Origin: Escherichia coli
GTDB taxonomy: Bacteria; Pseudomonadota; Gammaproteobacteria; Enterobacterales; Enterobacteriaceae
Direction: 5' to 3' (one strand)
Length of the DNA: 64,000 nucleotides
Assembly (NCBI RefSeq): GCF_003790525.1
Contig: NZ_CP033635.1
The notes under the pieces: model-generated
Database searches by the model: none
Seen by the model: only the letters and a program-made list of their open reading frames with translations
What the model was told of the DNA's origin: nothing
Shown: in pieces, positions 12,138 through 24,107 of the stretch
How the letters are laid out: every line of letters starts with the position of its first letter
Position numbering within the stretch: the stretch's first letter is position 1
Made by a program: the position numbers and the translations under genes

Positions 12138-14096
12138 ATGAGTCAAATTCACAAACACACCATTCCTGCCAACATCGCAGACCGTTGCCTGATAAACCCT
12201 CAGCAGTACGAGGCGATGTATCAACAATCTATTAACGCACCAGATACCTTCTGGGGCGAACAGGGAAAAATTCTCGACTGGATCAAACCTTACCAGAAGG
12301 TGAAAAACACCTCCTTTGCCCCCGGTAATGTGTCCATTAAATGGTACGAGGACGGCACGCTGAATCTGGCGGCAAACTGCCTTGACCGCCATCTGCAAGA
12401 AAACGGCGATCGTACCGCCATCATCTGGGAAGGCGACGACGCCAGCCAGAGCAAACATATCAGCTATAAAGAGCTGCACCGCGACGTCTGCCGCTTCGCC
12501 AATACCCTGCTCGAGCTGGGCATTAAAAAAGGTGATGTGGTGGCGATTTATATGCCGATGGTGCCGGAAGCCGCGGTCGCGATGCTGGCCTGCGCCCGCA
12601 TTGGCGCGGTGCATTCGGTAATTTTCGGCGGCTTCTCGCCGGAAGCCGTTGCCGGGCGCATTATCGATTCTAACTCACGGTTGGTGATCACTTCCGACGA
12701 AGGCGTGCGCGCCGGGCGTAGTATTCCGCTGAAGAAAAACGTTGATGACGCGCTGAAAAACCCGAACGTCACCAGCGTAGAGCATGTGGTGGTACTGAAG
12801 CGTACTGGCGGAAAAATTGACTGGCAGGAAGGGCGCGACCTGTGGTGGCACGACCTGGTTGAGCAAGCGAGCGATCAGCACCAGGCGGAAGAGATGAACG
12901 CCGAAGATCCGCTGTTTATTCTCTATACCTCCGGTTCTACCGGTAAGCCGAAAGGCGTACTGCACACTACCGGCGGTTATCTGGTGTACGCGGCGCTGAC
13001 CTTTAAATATGTCTTTGATTATCATCCGGGCGATATCTACTGGTGCACCGCCGATGTGGGTTGGGTTACCGGACACAGTTATTTGCTGTACGGCCCGTTG
13101 GCCTGCGGCGCGACCACGCTGATGTTTGAAGGCGTACCGAACTGGCCGACGCCTGCCCGTATGGCGCAGGTGGTGGACAAGCATCAGGTCAATATTCTCT
13201 ATACCGCGCCCACGGCGATTCGCGCGCTGATGGCGGAAGGCGATAAAGCGATTGAAGGCACCGATCGATCGTCGCTGCGCATTCTCGGTTCCGTGGGCGA
13301 GCCAATCAACCCGGAAGCGTGGGAGTGGTACTGGAAGAAGATCGGCAACGAGAAATGCCCAGTGGTCGATACCTGGTGGCAGACCGAAACTGGCGGTTTC
13401 ATGATCACCCCACTGCCTGGCGCTACCGAGCTGAAAGCCGGTTCGGCAACACGTCCGTTCTTCGGCGTACAACCGGCGCTGGTCGATAACGAAGGTCATC
13501 CGCTGGAGGGGGCCGCCGAAGGCAGTCTGGTGATCACCGACTCCTGGCCTGGTCAGGCGCGTACATTGTTTGGCGATCACGAACGCTTTGAACAGACCTA
13601 CTTCTCCACCTTCAAAAATATGTATTTCAGCGGCGACGGCGCGCGTCGTGATGAAGATGGCTATTACTGGATCACCGGGCGCGTGGACGACGTGCTGAAC
13701 GTCTCGGGTCACCGTCTGGGAACAGCGGAGATTGAGTCGGCGCTGGTGGCGCATCCGAAGATTGCCGAAGCCGCTGTCGTCGGTATTCCGCACAATATTA
13801 AAGGTCAGGCGATCTACGCCTACGTCACGCTTAATCACGGGGAGGAACCGTCACCAGAACTGTACGCAGAAGTCCGCAACTGGGTGCGTAAAGAGATTGG
13901 CCCGCTGGCGACGCCAGACGTGCTGCACTGGACCGACTCCCTGCCTAAAACCCGCTCCGGCAAAATTATGCGCCGTATTCTGCGCAAAATTGCGGCGGGC
14001 GATACCAGCAACCTGGGCGATACCTCGACGCTTGCCGATCCTGGCGTAGTCGAGAAGCTGCTTGAAGAGAAGCAGGCTATCGCGATGCCATCGTAA
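12138..14096 (+). CDS. acs: Acetyl-CoA synthetase
   Basis: 652 aa, AMP-binding motif [12 protein letters not shown]-terminal acetylatable [11 protein letters not shown]. Confidence 0.95.
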   Translation: MSQIHKHTIPANIADRCLINPQQYEAMYQQSINAPDTFWGEQGKILDWIKPYQKVKNTSFAPGNVSIKWYEDGTLNLAANCLDRHLQENGDRTAIIWEGDDASQSKHISYKELHRDVCRFANTLLELGIKKGDVVAIYMPMVPEAAVAMLACARIGAVHSVIFGGFSPEAVAGRIIDSNSRLVITSDEGVRAGRSIPLKKNVDDALKNPNVTSVEHVVVLKRTGGKIDWQEGRDLWWHDLVEQASDQHQAEEMNAEDPLFILYTSGSTGKPKGVLHTTGGYLVYAALTFKYVFDYHPGDIYWCTADVGWVTGHSYLLYGPLACGATTLMFEGVPNWPTPARMAQVVDKHQVNILYTAPTAIRALMAEGDKAIEGTDRSSLRILGSVGEPINPEAWEWYWKKIGNEKCPVVDTWWQTETGGFMITPLPGATELKAGSATRPFFGVQPALVDNEGHPLEGAAEGSLVITDSWPGQARTLFGDHERFEQTYFSTFKNMYFSGDGARRDEDGYYWITGRVDDVLNVSGHRLGTAEIESALVAHPKIAEAAVVGIPHNIKGQAIYAYVTLNHGEEPSPELYAEVRNWVRKEIGPLATPDVLHWTDSLPKTRSGKIMRRILRKIAAGDTSNLGDTSTLADPGVVEKLLEEKQAIAMPS

Positions 14097-14103
14097 CCCA
14101 CAA

Positions 14104-14222
14104 TTGCCGGATGCGATCCGGGCAACAAGTCGGAAACGATTTGTAGGCCTGATAAGACGCGACAGCGTCGCATCAGGCATTGATTGCCGGATGCGGCATA
14201 TAACGCCTTATCCAGCCTACAT
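14104..14222. repeat. REP/BIME cluster
   Basis: GCCGGATGCG... and GTAGGCCTGATAAGACGCG...CGCATCAGGC units between acs and yjcH. Confidence 0.85.
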
Positions 14223-14308
14223 TCGGCGAGGGTTACCTGGGCGTTAACCCGCTCCCATAAGGGCGCGGGAATTAAAACAATCCCTACATTACCTCTGGAG
14301 AATCTGTG

Positions 14309-16269
<1,961 letters not shown>

Positions 16270-16303
16270 TCTCCACTAGCCTCTGGTCACCTGACCAACG
16301 GTA

Positions 16304-16333
16304 AAAAGGTGCGATGTACTGCACCTTTTTACC
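16304..16333. terminator. Bidirectional hairpin terminator between convergent actP and yjcE
   Basis: AAAAAGGTGCgatgtactGCACCTTTTT, A-run and T-run flanking a GC stem. Confidence 0.75.
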
Positions 16334-16350
16334 GATTACACCGCCAAGCG

Positions 16351-18000
16351 TTATTGGTTCTCTTCAATCAGCAACGCTTCAAGCAAATCGAGATCGTGCA
16401 ATAATTTTTGCAGCGTTTCGTTACTGATCTCCCGCGTGGCGCGCAGGTGGTACAGTTCAGCACGTTCAGAACGCAATGCCGCCAGACGGAAGCGACGCTC
16501 CAGGTTCTCTTCCAGGATTGAACTTTCTACATCATTACGTCCATCGGCGCGACGACGCAGGTTACCAATGACGCGAGAACTAACCTCTGTGAGCAGCTGG
16601 TTATCGATATTCTCTTCGGTATCCGCCGCCAGACGCTCCTCCATTTTCTGGATCGCCACAATCGCCACTTCTGCCGTTGCCGCTCGCGCAATACGTTCCT
16701 CTTTCAATTGTTGCGAATGGTCCGCGACTTCAATGTGTTGTAGCAGAATAGGCAACATCACCACGCCGACAAACAGCGAGAAGAGAATGACACCAGCCGC
16801 CAGGAACACCAGCTCATAGCGCGCCGGGAAGACGTTACCATCCGGCAAGAGCAGCGGGATAGAGAGCACACCGGCCAGAGTGATCGCCCCACGCACCCCG
16901 GCGAAAGACGCGATCAGGATTTCTCGTGTAGTCCACGAACCAAACTCCATCGGCTTCTTCTTCAGGAAGCGGTTGCTGAACTTTTTCATCGTCCACAGCC
17001 AGCCGAAACGGACCAGCATCAGCGCCGCATAAATCAGAATGATATCGGTAAACAGCATCCAGATTTCGACGTTAGGGTCGATTTCTGCCGCCATCAGCGA
17101 CGTCTCCAGAATACCCGGCAGCTGCAGACCTAACAGCAGGAATACCATGCCGTTAAAGACAAATTCCAGCATCGCCCAGGTACTGTTTGCGCGCAGGCGC
17201 ATTGCCAGCGGCGCACGGCGCATCACACCGGAGCGGGTGATGGTCATCCCGGCGGCAACCGCAGCGAGGATGCCGGAAACGCCAATATGTTCGGCAATCA
17301 GATAAGAAGCGAATGGCAGCAAGAACAGTAGAACAATCTGCGTCGCGGGTTCATCACCGCCCCAGCGGCTGAGGAATCGCAGCGAGCGACCGTACAGCCA
17401 GCTCACCACAAAACCGGCGAGAATACCGCCAATGGCCACTTTCATAAATTCGACCGTCGCACCACCGACGGTGAAGATCATCGTCCCCATCGCCACTGCC
17501 ACGGCAAACTTCAACGACACCAGACCGGAGGCGTCATTCATCAACGCTTCGCCCTGCAAAATGCCCATGATTTTTTTCGGGATGCGCCCTTCGCCAACAA
17601 TCCCGGAGAGCGCCACAGCATCGGTCGGAGAAAGCACCGCCGCCAGCGCAAAGGCGGGGATCAGCGGAATGCCCGGCACCACCCAGTAAATAAGGAAGCC
17701 AATGCCGACCACGGTGACCACCACCAGCGCCAGCGCGAGGCCGAAAATCTCTCGCCCATGTTCGAGAAATTCACGGGTCGGCGTTTTCCAGCCATCAGCG
17801 AACAGCAACGGCGGGATAAACAAGACTAAAAAGAGTTCAGGATCAAACTCCACATGCAAACCAAACGTCGGCCACGCCAGTAGCGCACCGATGGCGATTT
17901 GCATAAGCGGAAGCGGGATCTGAAAGGGCATGACACGAGTGACCACCCCGGACAGCGAGACCACGAGGGTCATTATCAGTATGGTGAAGAAGATTTCCAT
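16351..18000 (-). CDS. yjcE: CPA1 family Na+(K+)/H+ exchanger
   Basis: 549 aa polytopic membrane protein with cytoplasmic C-terminal domain. Confidence 0.9.
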   Translation of the reverse strand: MEIFFTILIMTLVVSLSGVVTRVMPFQIPLPLMQIAIGALLAWPTFGLHVEFDPELFLVLFIPPLLFADGWKTPTREFLEHGREIFGLALALVVVTVVGIGFLIYWVVPGIPLIPAFALAAVLSPTDAVALSGIVGEGRIPKKIMGILQGEALMNDASGLVSLKFAVAVAMGTMIFTVGGATVEFMKVAIGGILAGFVVSWLYGRSLRFLSRWGGDEPATQIVLLFLLPFASYLIAEHIGVSGILAAVAAGMTITRSGVMRRAPLAMRLRANSTWAMLEFVFNGMVFLLLGLQLPGILETSLMAAEIDPNVEIWMLFTDIILIYAALMLVRFGWLWTMKKFSNRFLKKKPMEFGSWTTREILIASFAGVRGAITLAGVLSIPLLLPDGNVFPARYELVFLAAGVILFSLFVGVVMLPILLQHIEVADHSQQLKEERIARAATAEVAIVAIQKMEERLAADTEENIDNQLLTEVSSRVIGNLRRRADGRNDVESSILEENLERRFRLAALRSERAELYHLRATREISNETLQKLLHDLDLLEALLIEENQ

Positions 18001-18150
18001 GCGTTCCCTGTTTGCGATGTTTTTTATGATCTGAGAAAGGCGTTATGCCTGAATTCTCATTTTTTCAGAATATCGCAAAAGCTCACACAATGTGCGGAGA
18101 AAATAAAAACGGGCAGCCATTGCCACCCGTTTTCAGAATCCTATGTAAGA

Positions 18151-19500
18151 TTAGATAGCCCAGCCACCCGCATAGAAGGTCACCAGCGCCACGGCAATAA
18201 CGACCGTACCGATGTTCAACTTGCGCCATTCGCCGGAAACCAGACGACCAATCACCAGAGTCGCGAAGCCGATCATGATGCCTGTTACGATGTTACAGGT
18301 CAGCACGATGAATACCGCCGTAACCAGACCCGCCATCGCATCAACAAAATCAGCAAAGTCGATTTTCGCCACGTTGCTCAGCATCAGCAGGCCAACGTAC
18401 ATCAACGCCGGAGCCGTTGCGTACCCCGGAACGAGGTAAGAGAGCGGAGAGAGGAACAGAATCAGCAGGAACAGCACGCCAACGGTGATAGCCGTCAACC
18501 CGGTTTTACCGCCCGCCGCCGTACCCGCCGCAGACTCGATGTATACCGCTGCCGGAGCTGCACCCACCAGGCCAGAGAAAACGCTGCTCATGGAGTCAGT
18601 GGTCAGTGCTTTCCCGCCGTCGATGATCTGCCCGTCTTTATCCAGCAGGTTCGCCTGACCGGCGACGGCGCGGATAGTTCCGGTGGCATCAAATACTGCC
18701 GTCATCACCAGCGCCAGAACGCTTGGCAGGACTACAGGATTCAGCGCGCCCATAATATCCAGGCTGCCAATCAGTGAATTGCCGTTTTCATCGCTCAATG
18801 AAGGCATAGCGAAAACGCCGGAGAAATGGACGTTAGGATCGAAGATCAAACCGACAATTGAGATACCGATAATGGTCAGCAGAATGCCACCAGGGACTTT
18901 CAGTTTTTCCAGGCCGATGATCACCGCCAGACCTACCAGTGACATCATCACCGGAAAGGTCGTGAAATCACCCAGCGCAACGGGCAGACCATCAAGCGGG
19001 TTTTTAATCACCAGACCGACACCATTCGCAGCAATCAGCAGCAGGAACAGACCGATACCGATCCCCGTGCCGTGCGCCACACCGTGCGGCAAGTTGCGCA
19101 AAATCCAGCTACGGATACCCGTGGCAGAAATGACCGTAAACAGCACACCCATCAGGAACACGGCACCCAGCGCGACAGGTACGCTAATATGTTGCCCCAG
19201 CACCAGACTGAATGCGGTAAACGCCGTCAGGGAGATGGCGCAACCAATCGCCAACGGCAGATTAGCCCACAGACCCATCACGATAGAACCGAGTCCGGCA
19301 ACCAGACAGGTCGCAACGAAAACTGCCGCAGGCGGGAAGCCCGCTTTACCCAACATGCCTGGAACGACGATAACCGAGTAGACCATCGCCAGAAACGTTG
19401 TTAACCCGGCAACCACTTCCTGACGGACAGTGCTTCCACGTTGTGAAATTTTAAACCAGGCGTCGAGTGAACCGCCGGTACGCGCTGATGGCGTAGACAT
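18151..19500 (-). CDS. ghxP: Guanine/hypoxanthine permease (NCS2/AzgA-like)
   Basis: 449 aa polytopic permease matching YjcD/GhxP. Confidence 0.9.
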   Translation of the reverse strand: MSTPSARTGGSLDAWFKISQRGSTVRQEVVAGLTTFLAMVYSVIVVPGMLGKAGFPPAAVFVATCLVAGLGSIVMGLWANLPLAIGCAISLTAFTAFSLVLGQHISVPVALGAVFLMGVLFTVISATGIRSWILRNLPHGVAHGTGIGIGLFLLLIAANGVGLVIKNPLDGLPVALGDFTTFPVMMSLVGLAVIIGLEKLKVPGGILLTIIGISIVGLIFDPNVHFSGVFAMPSLSDENGNSLIGSLDIMGALNPVVLPSVLALVMTAVFDATGTIRAVAGQANLLDKDGQIIDGGKALTTDSMSSVFSGLVGAAPAAVYIESAAGTAAGGKTGLTAITVGVLFLLILFLSPLSYLVPGYATAPALMYVGLLMLSNVAKIDFADFVDAMAGLVTAVFIVLTCNIVTGIMIGFATLVIGRLVSGEWRKLNIGTVVIAVALVTFYAGGWAI

Positions 19501-19614
19501 AAGAAAACATCCCCTGAGAGTTTAATTTTCGTCAAGATGCGTGGCGGACAATCCCCTGCCAGCGAAACGTTATCTTCCTGCTCCAGGTTTGCGACAAATT
19601 GGTGCGTCGCAAAA

Positions 19615-19630
19615 AAGCAAACGTTTAGCT
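19615..19630. promoter_or_regulatory. Putative PurR operator upstream of ghxP
   Basis: AAGCAAACGTTTAGCT resembles the PurR box core GCAAACGTTT; additional GCAAACG repeats at about 19658 and 19753. Confidence 0.35.
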
Positions 19631-19911
19631 CCGCGCATACAAAACGGGTGGTAAAAAAGCAAACGATTATCCGGCGATCATAGCGGCTTTTTCAACCGAA
19701 GTTTGCTGCTTTTTTCTCTTTTATTGTCTTGACGATGAAAAACCAGGCAATTGATGCGCAAACGTTATCGTCGATGCGCAAGATTGCAGCGTTATCGAAC
19801 CGTATACCGTTCAGGATTGCGATAAAAAATCGCCTGAGATGACAAAAATATTGCGGCTAAAAAGTGTACTTTTACACTGGCGAAGAAACGCCGGTGACAT
19901 ACAATTAAAGC

Positions 19912-20052
19912 ATCAACACCAACCGGAACCTCCACCACGTGCTCGAATGAGGTGTGTTGACGTCGGGGGAAACCCTCCTGTGTACCAGCGGGATAGAGAG
20001 AAAGACAAAGACCGGAAAACAAACTAAAGCGCCCTTGTGGCGCTTTAGTTTT
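19912..20052 (+). ncRNA. sraL: Small RNA SraL (RyjA), convergent with and overlapping the 3' end of soxR
   Basis: Intergenic ghxP-soxR region ending in hairpin AAAGCGCCCttgtGGCGCTTT plus T-run on the + strand; sequence matches my recollection of SraL; 5' end approximate. Confidence 0.5.
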
Positions 20053-20509
20053 GTTCATCTTCCAGCAAGCGTGCGCCTGTGCCTTCTTCTCCTAAGCGGT
20101 CGCCCGGGTTACGCAATGGGCAATCACTGCGCGAAAGGCAGCCACAACCAATACATCCGTCCAGTTCGTCACGCAGCGCCACTAAGGTATGAATGCGCCG
20201 ATCCAACTCTTCTCGCCATTGGGACGAAAGCTGTTTCCACTCTTTCGCACTTAATGTATGCCCTTCGGGCAACACGCCAAATGCTTCACGAATGGTCGCC
20301 AGCGGAATGCCAATACGCTGAGCAATTTTGATGATTGCGACATATCGCAACACATCACGTTTATATCGCCGCTGATTGCCACTATTACGGATACTGCTAA
20401 TCAACCCTTTGCTTTCATAGAAATGCAGCGCCGATACCGCCACACCGCTGCGTTTTGCCACTTCGCCGGGGGTTAGCAGCGCTTTAATGCGGGGTAATTT
20501 CTTTTCCAT
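20045..20509 (-). CDS. soxR: Redox-sensing MerR-family regulator with [2Fe-2S] cluster
   Basis: 154 aa, HTH N-terminus, C-terminal [12 protein letters not shown] cluster motif. Confidence 0.95.
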   Translation of the reverse strand: MEKKLPRIKALLTPGEVAKRSGVAVSALHFYESKGLISSIRNSGNQRRYKRDVLRYVAIIKIAQRIGIPLATIREAFGVLPEGHTLSAKEWKQLSSQWREELDRRIHTLVALRDELDGCIGCGCLSRSDCPLRNPGDRLGEEGTGARLLEDEQN

Positions 20510-20520
20510 AAATCGCTTTA

Positions 20521-20538
20521 CCTCAAGTTAACTTGAGG
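20521..20538. promoter_or_regulatory. SoxR operator within the soxS promoter
   Basis: Perfect 18-bp palindrome CCTCAAGTTAACTTGAGG between divergent soxR and soxS. Confidence 0.85.
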
Positions 20539-20594
20539 AATTATACTCCCCAACAGATGAATTAACGAACTGAACACTGAAAAGAGGCAGATTT

Positions 20595-20918
20595 ATGTCC
20601 CATCAGAAAATTATTCAGGATCTTATCGCATGGATTGACGAGCATATTGACCAGCCGCTTAACATTGATGTCGTCGCAAAAAAATCAGGCTATTCAAAGT
20701 GGTACTTACAGCGGATGTTCCGCACGGTGACGCATCAGACACTTGGTGATTACATTCGCCAACGCCGCCTGTTGCTGGCCGCCGTTGAGTTGCGCACCAC
20801 CGAGCGTCCGATTTTTGATATCGCAATGGACCTGGGTTATGTCTCGCAGCAGACCTTCTCCCGCGTTTTCCGTCGGCAGTTTGATCGCACTCCAAGCGAT
20901 TATCGCCACCGCCTGTAG
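20595..20918 (+). CDS. soxS: AraC-family superoxide response activator
   Basis: 107 aa double HTH protein. Confidence 0.95.
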   Translation: MSHQKIIQDLIAWIDEHIDQPLNIDVVAKKSGYSKWYLQRMFRTVTHQTLGDYIRQRRLLLAAVELRTTERPIFDIAMDLGYVSQQTFSRVFRRQFDRTPSDYRHRL

Positions 20919-20920
20919 TT

Positions 20921-22507
20921 TTATTGCCCGCGCGTTAACTCCCGCGCGGGTAATTGCTCCATCCATTGCATAAACACCTGCGGCGGCATCGCCTTCGCAA
21001 AGAACCATCCCTGGCAATAGCGCACGCCGCGTTTGCGCAGCCAGTTAACCTGTTCCTCAGTTTCGACGCCTTCAGCGATCGTTTTTAACCCCAGACTGTG
21101 CGCCAGCTCGATGATGTGTTCCGCAATCAAATGACTGGTTTTATGGGTGGTCAGCGTCTCAACAAACGATTTATCGATTTTCAAAATATCGACATTCAAT
21201 GATTTAAGGTTATGCAAGTTAGAGTAGCCAATACCAAAATCATCAATTGCCACTTCGTAACCAGCCTGGCGGAAAGCCAGAATAATTGGTGTCATTTTGT
21301 CGACATCAAGAAATGCATGTTCAGTCACTTCAAATTTAATTTGCTGTGGACGCACCGCGTATTGCTCTGTTTTCTGATTGGTTCGCGCTATCAACCGTGA
21401 CGTATGAAAATCGGAGGCCGACAGGTTAATAGAAACATAGCGATCGGCATGTGTTGCCAGGTATGCGCCCAGATCGCGGAAGACATTATCAATAACATAA
21501 TCAGTTACCTGTCCGATCATCCCCTCCTTTTCTGCCAGCGGAATAAACTCTGCCGGATTCATTACTTGCCCCTGCTCACCAGGCCAACGTAACAATGCTT
21601 CAGCCCCGATACATTTTTCTGTTTTGATATCGATTATTGGCTGGTAATAAAGGCAAAGTTGATGTTTTTCGAGGGCGCGTTGCAATTTGCGTTTGGGAGA
21701 CAAATAGTTTTGTCGAATACGTAGCCAGAGTAATAGCAGAACAAGACTCCCCAAAATACCGGCGGGTAACGCAAAAATAAGATGATTATAAAAATGCGCT
21801 ATAAGACGTTGATATGAAGTCGCAACAATGGCCGCAATTGGGCGTTTTGTCGAATAAACTGTCGCATATAAATAGCCATTTCTTTGTACAGTTAAATCCT
21901 TCAAATGAATCAGTGGAGAAAACGTTGCTGCCGAGGCCTCGTTGCTTAACGAGAAAAAGGTTTTCGTTACCGTATCATATACACCCCATTGCAATGTCGG
22001 ATCATCAGACATCACTTCACTCCAGAAGAGAGGGTTGATGACCGCCACATAATTTCCCCGCTGCATATAGGTCATTTTATAGCCAGAGAAAAAAGGCGTA
22101 TCGCGGTAATAATAGATAGAAACGTTAGGTTCACGCTTATAATCGGCCGGTGCAATCGTATAGCCGTTTACAGGCGCTATCAGCGATGAGCATAAAAAAT
22201 GGTTATCACGGGCATAGATCAATTCATTAATATAAAGATAGCCACGAATAATATTCAACATTCGCTTTTGATGGGCTGGGGTGCAAACTTGCCCCTGATA
22301 GCGTTCAGCTGCATCGCTCACTAAATCTGCCTGACGAATGACCAGCTCAGATTTATCCAACGCCAGCTGAGCAAAGGTTCGGAGCTGATTATTCACTTCT
22401 GATTTTGCCCAAAAGAAGGCAATCCATAGCGACAGAATGATGGGAAAGAGAACTAAAAAGATAATGCCCGGCAACGCCAGTAATTGGTGTCGTGCACGAT
22501 GACTCAT
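20921..22507 (-). CDS. pdeC: c-di-GMP phosphodiesterase with periplasmic sensor (CSS) and EAL domain
   Basis: 528 aa from MSHRARHQ; two TM segments, C-terminal EAL-like domain. Confidence 0.88.
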
Positions 22508-22936
22508 TGCTATCAATTTCCTGCCTGTTTATACCCGGTCATTGCAAGGCGAGAACCCTGGTTATCGACGTCTTTAGATAAATCTTACGGTATAAATAGC
22601 ACTTTTGCCTGATTTGAAATTGATACCTTTTTAATCGTCACCTGAATAAAAATAATTCATTGATATTCAAAACTAATTTCCTACAGGAATGCAGAGGCGG
22701 TGGGAAGATATACCCTTAATGCCCCTGAAAAACCACATAATCTGTACAGCAATAAAAGTCACGTCCTAATATGGCTAACAAACAATCAATTGTGATATAG
22801 TTCACAAAATCAATGAAACAAAAAGAGTGTTTCATTTTTGTGTTCTGCAAGCCCCGCGATAGCCAGAGTGTACCACGCCTCCCGTGAACAACGCCGCGCT
22901 GTCCAGGGCATCGGCTCTTTTCAGAGGAATTGTTTG

Positions 22937-23218
22937 ATGGCTACCCTCACCACTGGCGTGGTTCTTCTTCGCTGGCAACTTCTTAGTGCCGTAATGATGT
23001 TTCTGGCCAGCACACTCAACATCCGTTTTCGTCGGTCTGATTATGTCGGGCTTGCAGTGATCAGCAGCGGTCTGGGCGTGGTTTCTGCCTGCTGGTTCGC
23101 AATGGGGTTGCTTGGCATCACAATGGCGGATATCACCGCCATCTGGCACAACATCGAGTCGGTGATGATAGAAGAGATGAATCAGACACCGCCACAATGG
23201 CCAATGATTTTGACTTGA
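22937..23218 (+). CDS. yjcB: Small membrane protein YjcB
   Basis: 93 aa from MATLTTGVV; hydrophobic; followed by terminator hairpin 23225..23253. Confidence 0.75.
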   Translation: MATLTTGVVLLRWQLLSAVMMFLASTLNIRFRRSDYVGLAVISSGLGVVSACWFAMGLLGITMADITAIWHNIESVMIEEMNQTPPQWPMILT

Positions 23219-23316
23219 TATGTAGAAGCCTCCATAACGGAGGCTTCTTTTTTATGGTTGGCAGATGCTTTAATCATCCACCTTAACACAATATAACCTA
23301 TTGTTTTAATGACAAA

Positions 23317-23853
23317 TCAGAACGGAATGTCGTCATCAAAGTCCATCGGCGGCTCGTTAGACGGCGCTGCCGGAGCGGACTGCTGCGGGCGAGACTGCGC
23401 GCCGCCGCTGAACTGATTGCCACCCTGCGGCTGCTGAGGCTGACCCCAACCGCCCTGCGGCTGACCACCACCGATATTGCCACCTGCCGGAGCGCCACCA
23501 CCCTGACGACCACCCAGCATCTGCATGGTGCCGCCAACGTTCACCACGACTTCTGTGGTGTAGCGATCCTGACCGGATTGATCGGTCCATTTGCGGGTAC
23601 GCAGCTGACCTTCGATATAAACCTGAGAACCTTTACGCAGATATTCGCTGGCTACTTCTGCCAGTTTGCCGAACAGCACAACGCGGTGCCATTCAGTCTG
23701 CTCTTTCATCTCGCCGGTCGCTTTATCACGCCAGGATTCGGAAGTAGCCAGCGTAATGTTGGCAACAGCGCCACCATTTGGCATGTAGCGTACTTCCGGG
23801 TCCTGACCCAGATTACCAACGAGAATAACCTTGTTTACGCCTCTGCTGGCCAT
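23317..23853 (-). CDS. ssb: Single-stranded DNA-binding protein
   Basis: 178 aa, OB-fold N-terminus, Gly/Gln-rich linker, C-terminal DFDDDIPF tail. Confidence 0.96.
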   Translation of the reverse strand: MASRGVNKVILVGNLGQDPEVRYMPNGGAVANITLATSESWRDKATGEMKEQTEWHRVVLFGKLAEVASEYLRKGSQVYIEGQLRTRKWTDQSGQDRYTTEVVVNVGGTMQMLGGRQGGGAPAGGNIGGGQPQGGWGQPQQPQGGNQFSGGAQSRPQQSAPAAPSNEPPMDFDDDIPF

Positions 23854-24006
23854 GTTCGTGTCTCCTGAAAAAAAATCGTTCTGAATAAGTGTAAACGCGC
23901 GATTGTACCATTACCAATAGCGCTTTTACTATGTTGTGACCTCGGTTCCGGGAAACAAACCTGGCCAGACATTGTTACACAACACTCCGGGTAATGCATT
24001 CCAATA

Positions 24007-24022
24007 CTGTATATTCATTCAG
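24007..24022. promoter_or_regulatory. LexA (SOS) box in the divergent ssb-uvrA promoter region
   Basis: CTGTATATTCATTCAG matches the CTGT-N8-ACAG class. Confidence 0.8.
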
Positions 24023-24107
24023 GTCAATTTGTGTCATAATTAACCGTTTGTGATCGCCGGTAGCACCATGCCACCGGGCAAAAAAGCGTTTAATCCGGGA
24101 AAGGTGA

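Noticed and set aside
12675-13838. 387-aa ORF antisense to acs
   Set aside because: Lies entirely inside the acs coding region on the opposite strand; Arg/Gly/Val-rich shadow ORF typical of GC-rich genes, no RBS or motifs.
17899-18777. 292-aa His/Arg-rich ORF spanning the yjcE-ghxP junction on the plus strand
   Set aside because: Antisense to two membrane protein genes; low-complexity H/R/Q composition is the mirror of hydrophobic codons.
23380-23520. Gly/Gln-rich low-complexity coding repeat
   Set aside because: It is the known flexible linker of SSB, not an independent repeat element.
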